From Neoechinorhynchus agilis (lineage: Eukaryota; Animalia; Acanthocephala), in NCBI GenBank assembly GCA_051530055.1, contig CM121342.1, positions 8,091,389 through 8,155,388 on the forward strand: a stretch of 64,000 nucleotides of DNA, written 5' to 3'. The position numbers were made by a program, and so were the translations under genes. This document shows, piece after piece, positions 59,901 through 64,000 of the stretch; the stretch's first letter is position 1; the number at the start of each line of letters is the position of its first letter. A model generated the notes under the pieces. The model did not search any database. It was given only the letters and a program-made list of their open reading frames with translations, and had not been told where the DNA came from.

Positions 59901-62900
59901 ACTTTTCTAGATCTACTTTTGATGCTGAATTCACCTGCAATAACGGTTTGATGTTGCTTGTAAAATTGCTACCCTTAGTTTCAGGATTTAAGTTCATAAA
60001 AGACACCTGAATTAAATTTGTTGTGTTCGAAGGTTCTAACGAAATGAAAAAACATTTTGAGCATATCTGATGCGCTGATTTTAATGCTGTTATCTAATGT
60101 TAATGAATCTTGCAAATTTAGTGATCCTTCACTCTTGTGAATATTGACAAAATATGATAATGCGATTTCCGATGCACATATTACAGCTGTAGTGTACGTT
60201 ATATCTTAGTTTAGTACATCTTGGCGCGCTGATTCCAAATCTGTTTTCGGATTTACATAGCTATCACGGTTCTTGAGTTATTTGTTGTTACATTTTAAGA
60301 CAAACTACCTTGATTATTGATATTAAAACATCAATCACTTTAAGATCAAATTTACTTTTCTAGATCTACTTTTTACGATTAATTCACCTGCAATAACGGT
60401 TTTATTTTGCTTGTTTAATTTTTACCCTTTGTCTCAGGATTGAAGTTCATAAAAGACACCTGAATTAAATTTGTGGTGCTCGGCAGTTATAACGAAATGA
60501 AAAAACATTTTGAGCATATCTGATGCGCTGATTTCAACGGTGTTATCTAATGTTAATGAATCTTGCAAATTTAGTGATCTTTCACTCTTGTGAATATTGA
60601 CAAAATATGATAATTCGATTTCCGATGCGAATATTACAGCCGTAGTGCACGCAATCAGTTAGTTTAGTACATCTTGACGCGCTGATTCCAAATCTGTTTT
60701 TGGTTTAAGGATAGCTAGCATGGTTCGAGTTATTTGTTGTTACATTTTGAGACCAACTACCTTGATTATTGATATTAAACATAAATCAATTTAAGATAAA
60801 ATTAACTTTTCCAGATCTACTTCTCACGCTGAATTCAATTGCAATAACGGTTTAATGGTACTTGTTAAATTTTCACCCTTAGTTTAAGGATTGAAGTTCA
60901 TAAAAGAAAGTTTACTAAATTTGTTGTGTTCGAAGGTTGTAACGAAATGAAAAAACATTTTGAGCATATCTGATGCGCTGATTTCAATGGTGTTATCTAA
61001 TGTTAATGAATCTTGCAAATTTTGTGATCTTTCACTCTTGTGAATATTGACAAAATATAATAATTCGATTTCCGATGCGAATATTACAGCTGTAGTGTAA
61101 GGAATCAGTTAGTTTAGTACATCTTGACGCGCTGATTCCAAATCTGTTTTCGGATTTTCGATAGCTATCATGGTTCCTTAGTTATTTGTTGTTACATTTT
61201 GAGACAAACTACCTAAATTATTGATATTAAAACATCAATCAATTTAAGATCAAATTAACTTTTCTAGATCTACTTTTGACGCTGAATTCACCTGCAATAA
61301 CGGTTTGATGTTGCTTGTTAAATTTTGACCCTTAGTTTCAGGATTGAAGTTCATAAAAGACACCTGAATTAAATATGTTGTGTTCGAAGGTTGTAACGAA
61401 ATGAATAAACATTTTGAGCATATCTGACTCGCTGATTTCAATGGTGTGATCTAATGTTAATGAATCTTGCAAATTTAGTGATCTTTCACTCTTGTGAATA
61501 TTGACAAAATATAATAATGCGATTTCCGATGCGAATATTACAGCTGTTGTGTAAGGAATCAGTTAGTTTAGTACATCTTGACGCGCTGATTCCAAATCTG
61601 ATTTCGGATTTGCGATAGCTATCATGGTTCCTGTGTTATTTGTTGTTACATTTTTAGACAAACTACCTTGATTATTGATATTAAAACATCAATCAATTTA
61701 AGATCAAATTAACTTTTCTAGATCTACTTTTGACGCTGAATTCACCTGCAATAACGGTTTGATGTTGCTTGTTAAATTCTGACCCTTAGTATCAGGATTG
61801 AAGTTCATATAAGACACCTGAATAAAATTTGTTGTGTTCGAAGGTTGTAACGAAATGAAAAAACATTTTGAGCATATCTGATGCGCAGATTTCAATGGTG
61901 TTATCTAATGTTAATGAATCTTGCAAATTTAGTGATCTTTCACTCTTGTGAATATTGACAAAATATGATAATGCGATTTCCGATGCGAATATTACAGCTG
62001 TAGTGTACGGAATCAGTTAGTTTAGTACATTTTGACGCGCTGATTCTAAATCTGTTTTCTGATTTTCGATAGCTATCATGGTTCCTGAGTTATTTGTTGT
62101 TAAATTTTTAGACAAACTACCTTGATTATTGATATTAAAACATCAATCAATTTAAGATCAAATTAACTTTTCTATATCTACTTTTGACGCTGAATTCGCC
62201 TGCAATAACGGTTTGATGTTGCTTGTAAAATTTTGACCCTTAGTTTAAGGATTGAAGTTCATAGAAGACACCTGAATTAAATTTGTTGTGTTCGAAGGTT
62301 GTAACGAAAATAAAAAACATTTCGAGCATATCGGTTGCGCTGATTTCAATGGTGTTATCTAATGTTAATGAATCTTGCAAATTTAGTGATCCTTAACTCT
62401 TGTGAATATTGACAAAATATGATAATGCGATTTCCGATGCGAATATTACAGCTGTAGTGTAAGAAATCAGCTAATTTAGTACATATTGACGCGCTGATTC
62501 CAAATCTGTTTTCGGATTTGCGATAGCTATCATTATTCCTTAGTTATTTGTTGTTACATTTTGAGATAAACTACCTTGATTATTGATATTAAAACACCAA
62601 TCAATTTAAGATCAAATTAACTTTTCTAGATCTACTTTTGACGCTGAATTCACCTGCAATAACGGTTTGATGTTGCTTGTTGAATTTTTACCCTTAGTTT
62701 CAGGATTGAAGTTCATAATAGACACCTGAATTCAATTTGTGGTGCTCGATAGTTGTTACGAAATAAAAAAACATTTTGAGCATATCTGATGCGCTGATTT
62801 CAATGGTGTTATCCAATGTTAATGAATCTTGCAAATTTAGTGATCTTTCACTCTTGTGAATATTTACAAAATATAATAATGCGATTTCCGATGCGAATAT

Positions 62901-64000
62901 TACAGCTGTAGTGTAAGCAATAAGTTAGTTTTGTACATCTTGACGCGCTGATTCCAAATCTGTTTTTGGATTTGCGATAGCTATCATGGTCCCTGAGTTA
63001 TTTGTTGTTACATTTTGAGACAAACTACCTTGATTATTTATATTAAAACATCAATCAATTTAAGATATAATTGACTTTTCTAGATCTACTTTTGACGCTG
63101 AATTTACCTGCAACAACGGTTTGATGTTGCTTGTTAAATTCTGACCCTTAGTTTCAGGATTAATGTTCATAAAAGACACTTGAATTAAATTTGTTGTGTT
63201 CGAAGGTTGTAACGAAATGAAAAAATATTTTGAGCATATCTGATGCGCTGATTTCAAATGTGTTATCTAATGTTAATTAATCTTGCAAATTTAGTGATCT
63301 TTCACTCTTGTGAATATTGACAAAATATTATAATGCGATTTCCCATGCGAATATTACAGCTGTAGTTTAAGGAATCAGTTGATTTAGTATATCTTGACGC
63401 GCTGATTCCAAATCTGTTTTTGGATTTGCGTTAGCTATCATGGTTCCTGAGTTATTTGTTGTTACATTTTTAGACAAACTACCTTGATTATTGATATTAA
63501 AACATCAATCAATTTAAGATCAAATTTACTTTTCTAGATCTACTTTATACGCTGAATTTACCTGCAACAACGGTTTGATGTTGCTTGTTAAATTCTGACC
63601 CTTAGTTTCAGTATTGAAGTTCATAAAAGACACCTGAATTAAATTTGTTGTGTTCGAAGGTTTTAACGAAATGAAAAAACATTTTGAGCATATCTGTTGC
63701 GCTGATTTCAATGGTGTTATCTAATGTTAATGAATCGTGCAAATTTAGATATCTTTCACTCTTGTGAATATTTACAAAATATAATAAAGCGATTTCCGGT
63801 GCGAATATTACAGCTGTAGTGTAGAGAATCAGTTAATTTAGTACATCTTGACGCGCTGATTCCAAATCTATATTTGGATTTGCGATAGCTATCATGGTTC
63901 CTGAGTTATTTGTTGTTACATTTTTTGACAAACTACCTTGATTATTGATATTAAAACATCAATCAATTTAAGATCAAATTAACTTTTCTAGATCTACTTT
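50920..64000. repeat. Tandem satellite, ~454-bp unit, ~29 units, continuing past the window end
   Basis: Same-phase ORFs recur at 454-bp spacing (57169/57623; 61250/61704). The first two units are more diverged and the second lacks ~100 bp. Confidence 0.97.

Noticed and set aside
50920-64000. Recurrent 61-98 aa ORFs (MKSAHQIC..., MIFASEI...) and a possible CRISPR-like array
   Set aside because: They are the same satellite unit translated repeatedly; there are no unique spacers and the context is eukaryotic.

Overview
AT-rich, gene-dense eukaryotic DNA, most likely a compact-genome animal; the species cannot be determined from the sequence. Genes: SNRNP200/BRR2 (5'-partial), RNASEH2C, a head-less myosin-rod protein, a tubby-domain protein, COG3, PYM1, AGL and HFM1/MER3. 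Repeats: a nest of non-LTR retroelement relics at 14-21 kb, several MITE-like foldbacks, a Penelope-like element at 48-51 kb and a ~454-bp tandem satellite from ~50.9 kb to the window end. Main observation: besides about 40 mostly short GT-AG introns, seven (possibly eight) conserved reading frames are interrupted by inserts whose homology-predicted junctions are not GT-AG. Most of these are 330-660 nt, flanked by a TA direct repeat, and end in their own subterminal inverted repeat; removing the insert plus one TA restores the conserved protein colinearly. This points to a transposon-derived non-canonical intron system or to IES-like precise DNA excision. Junctions were inferred by hand from remembered protein homology and are not confirmed by transcripts.
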